Of a DNA stretch of 64,000 nucleotides, positions 1 to 9,655 are shown piece by piece. The position numbers and the translations under genes are program-made. The notes under the pieces are model-generated. The model worked only from the letters and a program-made list of their open reading frames with translations. It was not told where the DNA came from and searched no databases. The DNA is taken from positions 1 to 64,000 of the IMG/VR virus record IMGVR_UViG_3300028829_005735; one strand, written 5' to 3'. Source of the stretch: a virus. Positions within the stretch are counted from its first letter, which is position 1. Every line of letters starts with the position of its first letter.

Positions 1-52
1 AGAAAGAACACGAAAAAACTATTCACAACAATTCTAAATACAAGCAAAAGAA

Positions 53-511
53 ATGAAGAGTACTATCATCGTTAACGGAACCAATCAAATCGTACTAAAA
101 CCCGAAACACCACTAGAGATTCTTGTAGTTAAAGGCTTACAAAACAAACCCCTTATATCTAAATACCATGAGTCCACACAGATTCTTGGAGAATCATCAC
201 CTAATTGTTTAGTAGTTAGCCCAATTGAAGGAGTGTTAGAAGAAGAAATAGAACCTGTTCTTATGGCAATTATAGATTGTCATCAACAAAACAAAATCTT
301 AGGTCTTATTCCAGACAATACATCTCCAGCTAATTTACTTGAATTTATCAAGCAACGCATCGGAGCTAACCAAATAGAGCTACGACCGGGAGAACAAATA
401 GCACCTAACCAATCATTCCATGCTACAATTACTACCATAAATAATAACGAAACGGATGTTGTAGATGGAGAGTTTGCGGCAATGGGTGTAAACATATACA
501 AACAATGGTAG
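53..511 (+). CDS. hypothetical protein
   Basis: 152-aa ORF, ATGA overlap with an upstream partial ORF, overlaps the next gene. Confidence 0.7.
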   Translation: MKSTIIVNGTNQIVLKPETPLEILVVKGLQNKPLISKYHESTQILGESSPNCLVVSPIEGVLEEEIEPVLMAIIDCHQQNKILGLIPDNTSPANLLEFIKQRIGANQIELRPGEQIAPNQSFHATITTINNNETDVVDGEFAAMGVNIYKQW

Positions 512-1167
512 TTACTTACAAAACATTTAAAATATCCATTGAGCAAGACCATATACCAGGAAACGATCCAAGAGATTGGGACAACATAGGTGTTATGGCT
601 GTATGGGATGATTATGTAAATAACGAATGCGACTTAAAGCCTTCGGATGAAGATATATTTCCAGAAGATGGCCCATACGGAAATTCAGACCAAGACTTTT
701 GGGATGCAAGAAAAGTATGGTATGTTACAAACGTTAAAATTGTAGCCATCCTTCCTTTACATGAAGGTTATAATAATACCTTCAATACTACGGGCCAAGG
801 AAATCAAATTGGTTTTATCTATATACTTAGGGAAAAATTCAACAAAGAGTTTAATGACGAATGGATGAAACAATACCATCCCAATAAAACTCAAGGTGAG
901 GTTGCTAGATACATACTAAATAATGAGGTGCAGACATTTAGTTATTGGAAATCCGGTGATGTTTATGGATACACCATAGATAAACTTGACGATAGTTGTT
1001 GGGGATTTTATGGTGATGATCATGAAGCATCCGACTTATTATCAAATGCTAGACATAGTATTAATTATGCTGTTAAATTGCAAACCAAGTACCATTTACA
1101 GAGGCTTAAGCATATGATTAGGAATAAAGTTTCAATGAGTAAACGAATACCATATAAATACAGTTAA
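505..1167 (+). CDS. conserved phage hypothetical protein (PRDWDNIG...GDVYGY...DSCWGFYG family)
   Basis: 220-aa ORF with a motif pattern I recognise from phage/MGE early proteins; function unknown. Confidence 0.75.
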   Translation: MVVTYKTFKISIEQDHIPGNDPRDWDNIGVMAVWDDYVNNECDLKPSDEDIFPEDGPYGNSDQDFWDARKVWYVTNVKIVAILPLHEGYNNTFNTTGQGNQIGFIYILREKFNKEFNDEWMKQYHPNKTQGEVARYILNNEVQTFSYWKSGDVYGYTIDKLDDSCWGFYGDDHEASDLLSNARHSINYAVKLQTKYHLQRLKHMIRNKVSMSKRIPYKYS

Positions 1168-1169
1168 CT

Positions 1170-2495
1170 ATGAAAAAAAATACAGACCCACGTAAGATAT
1201 TCGAATGCCGTAAGGATGAGATTGATTACACGATGGACCAAAAGAAAGCTTTGCTATTGGTTGACACGTTCTTAAACTCTAAAGAATTATTCCTTTTAAT
1301 TGCAGGTAATGCAGGTACTGGTAAGACTACCATTGCTGAGAACATAGTTAACTATTGTAATGCTGACATTTTAGCTCCAACTAATGCTGCAGTTAAACGG
1401 CTCAGAGATAAGATGCAGTCAAAGCAAATACCTAAGACTCGTTTCTCTACCATCCATCAAATCTTATATGGTGCACCAGATCCTAATACAGGAGAGTTCA
1501 TTATGGCAGGAGGTTTAACAACGGCTCCTGTATACATAGTGGATGAGGCCTCTATGATTGACAGCACTATGCTTGAGGATTTAATGGATGAAGCAAAGAA
1601 AAGAAAGGCTAGGCTTATATTCTTAGGGGATGACTTCCAGCTGGAACCAGTAGGTAAAGACCCAAAGTTATTTGATTGGGAGAGTTCTTTCCCTGATGAC
1701 TTGAATGACAACTATAAGTTCAAGCTTAATGAGGTCCGGAGAAATGAAGGAGCTATCCTTGAGGTAGCAACACACCTACGTAATAACAAAGGTGTACAGA
1801 TTCTCAATAAGGACACTCAAGACTTTAAGCTTACACGTATATTCAGTAATGAGTTAGCTCTTGATATCCGTGACGATCGTAGCTTTGTTGTCCTAGTGTC
1901 TACCAATAGAACTCGTATGGCTTACAACAAGAAGATACGTCAGGCTAAATTCGAGGAAGATTGTGTAAACCTTGTCAATGATGGGGAGAAAGTAATCTCG
2001 GTTGCGAATACCGAGTACCTGAATGGTGAACATTATACCATGAGGTATCCTAAAATCATTAAGGAGTACGATAAGACAATCAACATTGGATCCAAACTAT
2101 ATCCTAAAAAGAAACGATACAAGTTCTACCTGATTGAACATGAGGTTGAAGGGTTCGACAAGACTTTCAAAACTTTATTGTTTCCGGAGCTTGACATCCC
2201 ATCACTACATAGTGGCCAGCTGATGAGTAACCGTGAAATCTTTATGGACGACAACTTATGTAAGTATCATAAGAAAATTGGCAGAAGGTTGTGGAAGAAG
2301 AACTTAAACATAGCTACGTATGGCTATGCTACGTCCACTCACAAGAGTCAAGGGAATGAATGGGATAATGTGTACATCGATGCCGATTGGCTGTCTGACA
2401 AATGGAATAAAGCACGTTGGATGTACACGGCTATCACAAGAGCTAAGAAAAAAGTGGAGATTAAATTCTCTAATCAATTTAAAGTAGTAGACTAA
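1170..2495 (+). CDS. SF1B Dda/RecD-like DNA helicase
   Basis: Walker A GNAGTGKT, APTNAA (Ia), Walker B IVDEASM, GDDFQLEPV (III), YATSTHKSQGNEW (V), YTAITRA (VI). Confidence 0.93.
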   Translation: MKKNTDPRKIFECRKDEIDYTMDQKKALLLVDTFLNSKELFLLIAGNAGTGKTTIAENIVNYCNADILAPTNAAVKRLRDKMQSKQIPKTRFSTIHQILYGAPDPNTGEFIMAGGLTTAPVYIVDEASMIDSTMLEDLMDEAKKRKARLIFLGDDFQLEPVGKDPKLFDWESSFPDDLNDNYKFKLNEVRRNEGAILEVATHLRNNKGVQILNKDTQDFKLTRIFSNELALDIRDDRSFVVLVSTNRTRMAYNKKIRQAKFEEDCVNLVNDGEKVISVANTEYLNGEHYTMRYPKIIKEYDKTINIGSKLYPKKKRYKFYLIEHEVEGFDKTFKTLLFPELDIPSLHSGQLMSNREIFMDDNLCKYHKKIGRRLWKKNLNIATYGYATSTHKSQGNEWDNVYIDADWLSDKWNKARWMYTAITRAKKKVEIKFSNQFKVVD

Positions 2496-3043
2496 TGGCA
2501 AATGATTGTTCCAACAACGTACAATTAGAGGGTACTGAAGCACAACTTCGGAACCTTAGTAAAGCTATTGCTAAGAGTATTGAGAAGATGATTCCTGGTG
2601 AAGGATTTAGATTTATACTTTCACCACCAAGCTATTCTATTGCTAAAGTGTTTGGAGATATTGTCCTTGAGGATAATTACTCCTTACACTTTATCACTAA
2701 ATGGTCAGCGGATCCAGTCCAGATGATACAGCTATGTAAACCTTTCGGTGTCAACTTTGTATATAGTTACGAAGAAGGGTCATACTATGGAGAGTTTCAG
2801 TACATTGCTGAAACAGATTTGTTAAGGGAGAGATCATTGTCTGAAGAACAATACCAATCATGTGTATTTTGTGGAGAATATGATGATGCTTATGGTGATC
2901 CAGTTTGTCCAAAAGGATGTGACGGAGGGGATGAATGCAACTCTAAGGAAAATAACTTCGAACAAATGAATAGAACCTTAGAGCTTTGTGAATGGAATGA
3001 TATGCATTTCGATTTAGAAACATGTGAATACCAAGATGTATGA
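2495..3043 (+). CDS. DUF1281/YubB ferredoxin-like-fold protein with Cys-rich C-terminus
   Basis: MANDCSNNVQLEG ~ MPNWCxNxLxIxG; FITKWSAD ~ FxTAWSPP; YEEG..YYG; CxxC..CxxxC..C tail. Confidence 0.6.
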   Translation: MANDCSNNVQLEGTEAQLRNLSKAIAKSIEKMIPGEGFRFILSPPSYSIAKVFGDIVLEDNYSLHFITKWSADPVQMIQLCKPFGVNFVYSYEEGSYYGEFQYIAETDLLRERSLSEEQYQSCVFCGEYDDAYGDPVCPKGCDGGDECNSKENNFEQMNRTLELCEWNDMHFDLETCEYQDV

Positions 3044-3438
3044 GTCAACAAGTACTAGCAATAACATTAATAAAAAAAGATGGGCAATTGGTTATGCCAA
3101 ATGCTTTAAGCAAGGAGAAGTATAAAATCTTTCTTGCATCTCTCTCCGATGGAGATAAAGTCGAAGCTCTATTCGAGTTGAAGACTGAAGATAATACCAA
3201 GGCACAACTAGCAAAGATACATGTATGTATTGCAGAAATAGCTAGTGAGCAAGGAGACGATAAGATTTCTGTTAAGCAGGAATTAAAACGTCGATGTGGT
3301 ATGGCTTACAAAGATGAGAATGGAAAAGAAAAGTTCCAGTCATTTGCTGGATGTTCTAAAGATGAACTATCAGATGCAATTGAGATACTAATACAGATGG
3401 GTAACTTTCTGAATATGAATCTCGATCCTATAGTGTAG
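3040..3438 (+). CDS. NinB/Orf-like recombination accessory protein (putative)
   Basis: TKAQLAKIHxxIxEIA..G...K..LK...SFAGCSKDELSDAIE resembles the NinB-family pattern. Confidence 0.5.
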   Translation: MSQQVLAITLIKKDGQLVMPNALSKEKYKIFLASLSDGDKVEALFELKTEDNTKAQLAKIHVCIAEIASEQGDDKISVKQELKRRCGMAYKDENGKEKFQSFAGCSKDELSDAIEILIQMGNFLNMNLDPIV

Positions 3439-3730
3439 GGCCTTCAGCTGCTGTTGCCTTAACGGTAACACCTTGAGCTTTAGCTTCTCTCTCAATTTGA
3501 GCAATCAATACAAACATCTGATAAAGCCTATGTTCTTTTAAGGATGTAATCTTATCATCACCGAGGTTGTCGAGTATCTTACCGACACTCTCCTTGTCCT
3601 CACCATCGAGTAGGACATTACTAAATACAGATTTCAGGTCACGATAAAACGCACCTGATACTTTTATATTAATGATGGCATCCTTCGGGACGGCATCGAA
3701 CTTTTTATCATCTAAATTTTTATCGCTCAT
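3428..3730 (-). CDS. small hypothetical protein, lone antisense gene in the + strand arm
   Basis: 100-aa natural-looking helical protein from the ATG at 3730 (MSDKNLDDKKF...); fills the otherwise empty 3438-3729 gap. Confidence 0.75.
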   Translation of the reverse strand: MSDKNLDDKKFDAVPKDAIINIKVSGAFYRDLKSVFSNVLLDGEDKESVGKILDNLGDDKITSLKEHRLYQMFVLIAQIEREAKAQGVTVKATAAEGPTL

Positions 3731-4376
3731 GAGTAACACTAAGAGAATCAAAGATACAATAAATAACCTTACTGCAAAGTATGATAAGACTTCTTGGAAA
3801 GACATCATCTCAGCTATGTTTCAAACTGAAGAGTTTGACTTAGCCTTAAACCAACTGATGAGTGATGTTCAAGCAGGTCAACCATTCACACCTCTAATCA
3901 AAAACATATTCAAGTCTTATGACTTATGTGCTTTGGAGGATGTGAAGGTTGTCATTGTAGGTAACCATCCACATCCCGACAAGGGAGTTGCTGATGGGTT
4001 AGCCTTCAGTGGATATGATAACCCTTTCGTGAAGGCATTAACATCTAGTCATAATGACTTGAAAGATTTACCTGCAGAAGGAGTACTGCTTTTAACGGCT
4101 GGACTTACCTGCCCAATAGGAAAGGCAACAGACCATATGCCTATGTGGGCTCCGTTAACCGAGAAGTTAATCAAAGCTATCTCATATAGAACTGTTAAGA
4201 CCATCTTCGTATTTGTAGGTAAGGAAACTGAACACCTTGGAAAGCAGGTGGGACGACAACATTTAAAGTTCTTTTTACCTGATGTAATAGAGGGTGAAGA
4301 ATGGGATCATGATGATGCGTTTGACAAGATAAATAAGGCTCTAAATAAGATGGAAAAAACACCAGTTAATTGGTGA
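3729..4376 (+). CDS. ung: uracil-DNA glycosylase family 1-like protein, catalytically degenerate
   Basis: VKVVIVG-NHPHP (vs GQDPYH), ADGLAFS, GVLLLT (vs GVLLLN), no HPSP, ends PVNW; likely start at ATG 3729. Confidence 0.85.
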   Translation: MSNTKRIKDTINNLTAKYDKTSWKDIISAMFQTEEFDLALNQLMSDVQAGQPFTPLIKNIFKSYDLCALEDVKVVIVGNHPHPDKGVADGLAFSGYDNPFVKALTSSHNDLKDLPAEGVLLLTAGLTCPIGKATDHMPMWAPLTEKLIKAISYRTVKTIFVFVGKETEHLGKQVGRQHLKFFLPDVIEGEEWDHDDAFDKINKALNKMEKTPVNW

Positions 4377-4414
4377 AAAATACCTACCTTAGTAGCCCTC
4401 GTTTTGGTTAGCCT

Positions 4415-5005
4415 ATGTTGAAACAAACTGCATTCTTTAACATCCTAGAAAAAAGAAAAGTTACTGTTACTCAGTACCATACTCTGTACCGTCTTAAGTT
4501 AAAACCTAAGATGTCATCTGCTATAATGAGCAAGATAAGAGTGTCGGTACCGTCAGTATATATCAACCTCAGTGATTGCACTTTGTCCGAGAAAGGATTG
4601 AAGTTAATCAAAGAAACTGAGGCTCTATTTAAGCCGGTGAAAAAGCTCACTAATATCGAATTACTTGGGCCCAATGCACAAGATAATGTAGACGCATACA
4701 TTGAGATGTTTCCCGGAATAAAATTACCAAATAATAAGTATGCTCGAGGCAACACAAAAGGGATCACTGAAAACTTCATGTGGTTCTTTCAAGAGTATGA
4801 CTTTGAGTGGGACACTATACTCCTTGCTACCGAAACATATGTTGAGGAATTCCGTCAAAAGAATTGGGAGTATATGAGAACAGCTATGTATTTCATCCGT
4901 AAGAACGACAAAGGAATTGAATCATCTGATTTAGCTACCTATTGTGAGCTTCTTAATACGGGGGGAGTAGAAGAAGAACGAACTATTAAATCCAACGTAG
5001 TATGA
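4415..5005 (+). CDS. hypothetical replication protein (possible wHTH helicase loader/initiator)
   Basis: 196-aa ORF coupled (ATGA) to DnaB; function inferred from position only. Confidence 0.6.
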   Translation: MLKQTAFFNILEKRKVTVTQYHTLYRLKLKPKMSSAIMSKIRVSVPSVYINLSDCTLSEKGLKLIKETEALFKPVKKLTNIELLGPNAQDNVDAYIEMFPGIKLPNNKYARGNTKGITENFMWFFQEYDFEWDTILLATETYVEEFRQKNWEYMRTAMYFIRKNDKGIESSDLATYCELLNTGGVEEERTIKSNVV

Positions 5006-6057
5006 GGTGGAAATCACACGCAAAGGCTTATGACGAAGCTTTAGTCTACATGAAAAAACGTCAGCAGGGATTGATCAAAAGTTTGATTACTCCATGGAAG
5101 AAGATTAATGATGCTGGTATTGATGGGTTCGAATGGAATTCAGTAGTTATTATAGCTGCTCGACCAGGTGGCGGTAAGACTCTAATGTTACAACAGCTTA
5201 CCCGTATGGCATTCAAGCTTAACAAGGGACAGAACATCCGTGTGTTAGACTTCCAGTTAGAAATGGTTGGACGTAACTCTAAGATACGTGAGTTCTCATC
5301 TGTCAGTAAGAAAAGCTACAAGTATTTATGTAGTGCTGAACGAGAAGGTTTGGTGATCGATGACGAATTGATTGCTAAATGTGCTCAGTATGCAAAGGCT
5401 GCTACTAAGTATCCAATCGACATCGTTGAGGATTCGGTTACTGCAGAGGAGTTTGAACTAGAGATACGCGAATACATGTCGTTTCATGCAACAAAGGATG
5501 CAGATGGTAAGATTACTGGATACAAGAAAACGATTGTAAGCCTTGACCATTCTGTATTATTAAAGAAGATGAAAGGACAGTCAACTATCGACAAGCTTAA
5601 TGCTTTAGGTGAGGCTGTTACACGGCTGAAGAAAAGGTTTCCAATAGTGTTTATTATCTTATCACAATTGAACAGAGAGATAACAACTCCAGCCAGATGT
5701 GAGAATGGCAAGTACGGAAACTACCCTAACTCCAATGATATCTTTGGAGGTGATGCATTGAATCAACATGCTGATATGCTTATAGTGTTGGACCGTCCAG
5801 CACTTCGACACATAACTGAATACGGACCTGATAGATTTATTGTTGAGGACGATTCGTTACTCGCAGCTCATGTATTAAAGACACGTACTGGAGATACTCG
5901 TATGAGTTTCTTTGAGGCACGGTTTCATGAGATGTCTATTGTTGATGCACCTGTACCACCTCAAGCAAAAAAGCCTGGTAAACGTGGAGCTAAAGCTACA
6001 CCTGCACCAGTGCCTACCAATAATGGTGGTGGGCAAACTAAATTATCAACTAAATAA
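5002..6057 (+). CDS. dnaB: DnaB-like replicative helicase (C-terminal ATPase domain only)
   Basis: AARPGGGKT Walker A, FQLEM, LDH, LSQLNR, DIFGGDALNQHAD, KTRTG. Confidence 0.93.
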   Translation: MRWKSHAKAYDEALVYMKKRQQGLIKSLITPWKKINDAGIDGFEWNSVVIIAARPGGGKTLMLQQLTRMAFKLNKGQNIRVLDFQLEMVGRNSKIREFSSVSKKSYKYLCSAEREGLVIDDELIAKCAQYAKAATKYPIDIVEDSVTAEEFELEIREYMSFHATKDADGKITGYKKTIVSLDHSVLLKKMKGQSTIDKLNALGEAVTRLKKRFPIVFIILSQLNREITTPARCENGKYGNYPNSNDIFGGDALNQHADMLIVLDRPALRHITEYGPDRFIVEDDSLLAAHVLKTRTGDTRMSFFEARFHEMSIVDAPVPPQAKKPGKRGAKATPAPVPTNNGGGQTKLSTK

Positions 6058-6575
6058 TGGGACTATCTACAAAAGGTAGCAATGTTGGACTCACTAAGAA
6101 GGACAAGATTGCTGAACTAAAAAAGAAACATCAGGAAATATTCGACAAATTAGGTATAGTCGATCCACATTACATCCCGAAGATGTTCTTCGGAACACCG
6201 TTATCAATGCCACTATTTAAGAGTGAGCTTAAGGATGGAAAGGATGTCTATACCGAAAAAGTTAGTAAGTCTTTCGTGTCAGAGGATGAAACGAGAACTT
6301 TATATAAATGGAAACACAATCCTAATTGGGCCAGAGATTACCCAACTAAACCACTCAGTCATGGTGAAGGTCATATGTATTTGATACCCTTCACAGAACT
6401 AGAGGCAATAGTTGAGAAAAAGAAAGAGCCTGATTATGATTTTGGAATAACAGATCCTGATGAAATTCAGGACTTACCGATAGATCAATTGACTATTCGG
6501 GATTTGGCTGCAATTCTTACAGGAAAGCCCGTAAGTTTGAAACCGTGGCTTAATGAAATAATGAAAAAAGAATAA
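6057..6575 (+). CDS. conserved phage hypothetical protein
   Basis: 172-aa ORF, TAATG-coupled on both sides. Confidence 0.8.
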   Translation: MGLSTKGSNVGLTKKDKIAELKKKHQEIFDKLGIVDPHYIPKMFFGTPLSMPLFKSELKDGKDVYTEKVSKSFVSEDETRTLYKWKHNPNWARDYPTKPLSHGEGHMYLIPFTELEAIVEKKKEPDYDFGITDPDEIQDLPIDQLTIRDLAAILTGKPVSLKPWLNEIMKKE

Positions 6576-7435
6576 TGGCAGAAATTAATCTACCCATGCA
6601 GCCCCGACCGGCTGTAATTAAGACTCCGAACAGGGCTCTTATATTTTCGAAACCAAAGGTAGGTAAGACACTCACAGTGAGTAAGCTTCCTAATTGTTTA
6701 ATGCTTGACTTCGAAGGAGGTACTCTAGCTATTGAGGCTATGGCATATCCGGTTAAGAAAGTTTCAGATATCAATGCTATATGCAAGGCTATCAAGGAGG
6801 CTGACTTTCCGTATGATTACATAGCTATCGATACAGCCTCGGCTCTTGAGGAGATGTGTATACCTGTTGCCGAAAGACAATGGGCTAAATCTCCTGACGG
6901 TAAGGAATGGTTCCTTGCTGACTCTAAGGATAACACGAAGCTCCATCCAGAATCTGGTAAGGCTAAGTACGGGAGTGTAATGAACTTGCCTTACGGTAAG
7001 GGATATGCGTTGGTGGCAGATGTTTTTAACAGTGTCATCGATAAGCTACAGAAGTGTGCACCAAAGCTAATCATCTTGGCTCACAGTACGTATGCTACAA
7101 TAAGCAAGAAGGACGGTTCGGAATTCACAGCACTTGATATTCAAATGTCAAAGAAGTGTAAGTTTGCTGCAACATTTAAGGCTGATGCCATAGGGTACAT
7201 GTACCGAGAAGGCAAGCAAAACTTTATCAACTTCACGGCATCGGAAGATGTGGGTGCAGGTGGACGACACCGATACTTAGAGAAAGAACACATCCTTATC
7301 AGCGAGTACATCGAAGGAGAGGATGGAGAAGACGAAAAGTTCGTTACATATTGGGATAAGATTTTTTCCCCTAAGAATGAAAAATCAACAAAGAAAAAAA
7401 TAACAAAGAAAAAAGAAGAAAAAAAAGAAGAGTAA
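6575..7435 (+). CDS. AAA_24 / Sak4-like ssDNA-annealing ATPase
   Basis: SKPKVGKT Walker A, LDFEGG, IAIDTAS, ILAHS, ADAIGY; lies directly before SSB. Confidence 0.85.
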   Translation: MAEINLPMQPRPAVIKTPNRALIFSKPKVGKTLTVSKLPNCLMLDFEGGTLAIEAMAYPVKKVSDINAICKAIKEADFPYDYIAIDTASALEEMCIPVAERQWAKSPDGKEWFLADSKDNTKLHPESGKAKYGSVMNLPYGKGYALVADVFNSVIDKLQKCAPKLIILAHSTYATISKKDGSEFTALDIQMSKKCKFAATFKADAIGYMYREGKQNFINFTASEDVGAGGRHRYLEKEHILISEYIEGEDGEDEKFVTYWDKIFSPKNEKSTKKKITKKKEEKKEE

Positions 7436-7438
7436 GTT

Positions 7439-8197
7439 ATGGGAAAAATTGGAACTAAAGACGTAAAAGTAGGTGGTGGAGCACTACCTAAAACATTTAT
7501 GCCAGGTAACCATACCTGCAAGATTAATAACATCCGATTGGATCGTCCAGCATTTGCCAAGGAAGGTGAAGAGATGTACTACCTAGTACTTGATTTGGAA
7601 ACTGAACCACTCGGAGAATCATTCGAAGGATTCTTTATCGACAAAGAGAAAGAAGAACTTGGAAGATATCTTGGTCAGACTGGTCGTATTAAGACGAGCC
7701 AATGCCCATATAAAGATTCTGAATGGCAAGGAAAAACTTGGAGTATGATTGACGAAATCATCAAGTTCCTTAAGTCAGTATGTATCACGATCGATTCTGA
7801 TTGGATGGATAAAGCTGATGGAAAGTTTGATACTATCGAGCAGATGGTTGAGGCTTTCAATAAGAAGGCTCCATTTAAAGACATCTTCCTGTCATGGTGT
7901 ATCGGAGGGCAACAAGTACCAGGGGATGATGGATATCCAAAGTACTACATGCACTTACCTAAGTTTACTCGTGGGTCTAAATTGTTTACTACTGTAGACG
8001 ATGATGCAGACTTACTTGAGTATGACAAAGCTTTGCACTTGCAAATTAAAGGAGAAGCTCCTGCAACTGTAGCAAAGTTTGGTGATGATGATGATGATGA
8101 AAACGAAGATCCGTTGTTTGAGGCTAGTGCCGATGACGATGGTGAAGATCCGTTTGCAGTAGACGATGATGCAGAAGATCCGTTTGCAGCTGACTAA
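7439..8197 (+). CDS. ssb: single-stranded DNA-binding protein
   Basis: OB-like N-terminus (PGNHTCKINNI); very acidic tail with EDP[L/F] repeats; follows the Sak4-like gene. Confidence 0.75.
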   Translation: MGKIGTKDVKVGGGALPKTFMPGNHTCKINNIRLDRPAFAKEGEEMYYLVLDLETEPLGESFEGFFIDKEKEELGRYLGQTGRIKTSQCPYKDSEWQGKTWSMIDEIIKFLKSVCITIDSDWMDKADGKFDTIEQMVEAFNKKAPFKDIFLSWCIGGQQVPGDDGYPKYYMHLPKFTRGSKLFTTVDDDADLLEYDKALHLQIKGEAPATVAKFGDDDDDENEDPLFEASADDDGEDPFAVDDDAEDPFAAD

Positions 8198-8214
8198 GTA
8201 GAATTACTTACATT

Positions 8215-8244
8215 AAAGGGTGGGGGAATACCTCACCCTTTTTT
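8215..8244 (+). terminator. intrinsic terminator
   Basis: AAAGGGTGGGG-GAATA-CCTCACCCTTT plus T-run. Confidence 0.85.
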
Positions 8245-8259
8245 AATGACAATTAAACT

Positions 8260-9279
8260 ATGGGCTTAAGCACACAAGTTTTTACCACAGATACTTTCCC
8301 TGTACCAAATGAATGGATATTCGAAAATTTCTTGAATCTCGATGAGAAGTTGGAAGGACAATCAGTATCAATAAAATCAGTATTCAATAAGAAAGACACT
8401 AACCCCTCTATGATAATCTACCTACATGAAAACGGTAGGTATAAGTTCAACGATTATTCTGCTGGAATAAAAGGTGATGCTATTGATTTCATACAGGAGT
8501 ATTACAATCTTCAGACTAGGCAAGATGCTTTTAGAAAAGTATACTACCTATGGAAGGATGGAGACTATGACACCATTGAACGACGTAAGTTAACGAAGAC
8601 TACCTATAAGGTTGTTGATGTTGAGGTGCGTGCATGGAATATGGATGACGCAAAATATTGGATGTCATTCCATATCGGTTCAAAAGATTTAGAAAAGCAT
8701 TGTGTTAAACCACTAGCATCATACACCTTTGAGAAGACTCAAGGAGATGACGTTACTCATGTGGTATTCAACAAGCCATTTTGCTACGGATATTTTAGAA
8801 AGGATGGTACGTTGTATAAGATTTACAATCCGAAGGATAAGCGTACAAAGTTTATTAAGATTGTTAACTATATACAAGGGCATGACCAGTTGGAATATAA
8901 AGCTAGATGGTTAATCATATTAGCGTCATTAAAAGACCTCATGGCATTTAAGAAATTAGGTTTCCCTAATGTCGAATGCATAGCTCCTAATAGTGAGAAT
9001 GATATGATCACAACCAAGCAATTGAAATACTATCGTAAACGATACCCGTTTATATCTACTCTATTTGACAATGATTCTGCAGGTAAGAAGGCTTCCCGTA
9101 AATATAAGGAGGAGTATGGAATACCTTACACAGAGTTTGATGTCGAGAAAGATGTTGCCGATTGCAACAGAGAACATGGACTAACGAATACCAAACTATT
9201 TTTAAAACCACACTTGCTAGAAACATATGCTAGAAAAAATAGAAAAACTAATAACAACAAACGAAGTAGAAAATCATAA
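8260..9279 (+). CDS. dnaG: DNA primase (DnaG/Toprim, crAss-type)
   Basis: Cys-less CHC2-like N-terminus (DTNPSM..FNDYSAG..GDAIDF), Toprim LFDNDSAG, KDVAD. Confidence 0.85.
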   Translation: MGLSTQVFTTDTFPVPNEWIFENFLNLDEKLEGQSVSIKSVFNKKDTNPSMIIYLHENGRYKFNDYSAGIKGDAIDFIQEYYNLQTRQDAFRKVYYLWKDGDYDTIERRKLTKTTYKVVDVEVRAWNMDDAKYWMSFHIGSKDLEKHCVKPLASYTFEKTQGDDVTHVVFNKPFCYGYFRKDGTLYKIYNPKDKRTKFIKIVNYIQGHDQLEYKARWLIILASLKDLMAFKKLGFPNVECIAPNSENDMITTKQLKYYRKRYPFISTLFDNDSAGKKASRKYKEEYGIPYTEFDVEKDVADCNREHGLTNTKLFLKPHLLETYARKNRKTNNNKRSRKS

Positions 9280-9655
9280 ACTTGCTACGCATCTAATGGA
9301 TGTGCAGATGAACAAGGACAACGTAATAGCTGTCATATGCTTGATTAGAATGCACGAAGCAAAAAAGAATGAAGGGGATGTAGTCACCTCATTCTTAGAA
9401 GTTCCGTCAACTAAGGATGTAATCTTAGGGTTACTTAAAACATACGATACAAGACCTGTATCAAATACAGAGTCAGATGATTTAAACTCATACGGTCCGA
9501 AAGATATGTTTGAGCTATCCCTTAATTGTTTACGGTCAGACGATAATCTCAACCATGCTCATGCATACTACAGAGATTATGTAGAAGGCTTGTATAACGA
9601 TGCCAAACGTAATCTGGCAGATGAAAAATTAATTAACGATTCCTTTTCAGTATGA
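9227..9655 (+). CDS. hypothetical helical protein (IEKLITTNEVENHKLA motif)
   Basis: 142-aa ORF coupled to the VWA-peptidase gene. Confidence 0.75.
   Translation: MLEKIEKLITTNEVENHKLATHLMDVQMNKDNVIAVICLIRMHEAKKNEGDVVTSFLEVPSTKDVILGLLKTYDTRPVSNTESDDLNSYGPKDMFELSLNCLRSDDNLNHAHAYYRDYVEGLYNDAKRNLADEKLINDSFSV

Noticed and set aside
3672-3808. Longer overlapping starts for UDG (3672) and the antisense gene (3808)
   Set aside because: The extensions read as antisense shadows of the opposite gene; the CATG starts are more parsimonious
4385-4392. TACCTTAG as a -7 promoter box before 4415
   Set aside because: One mismatch to TAnnTTTG and no -33 element; not enough support
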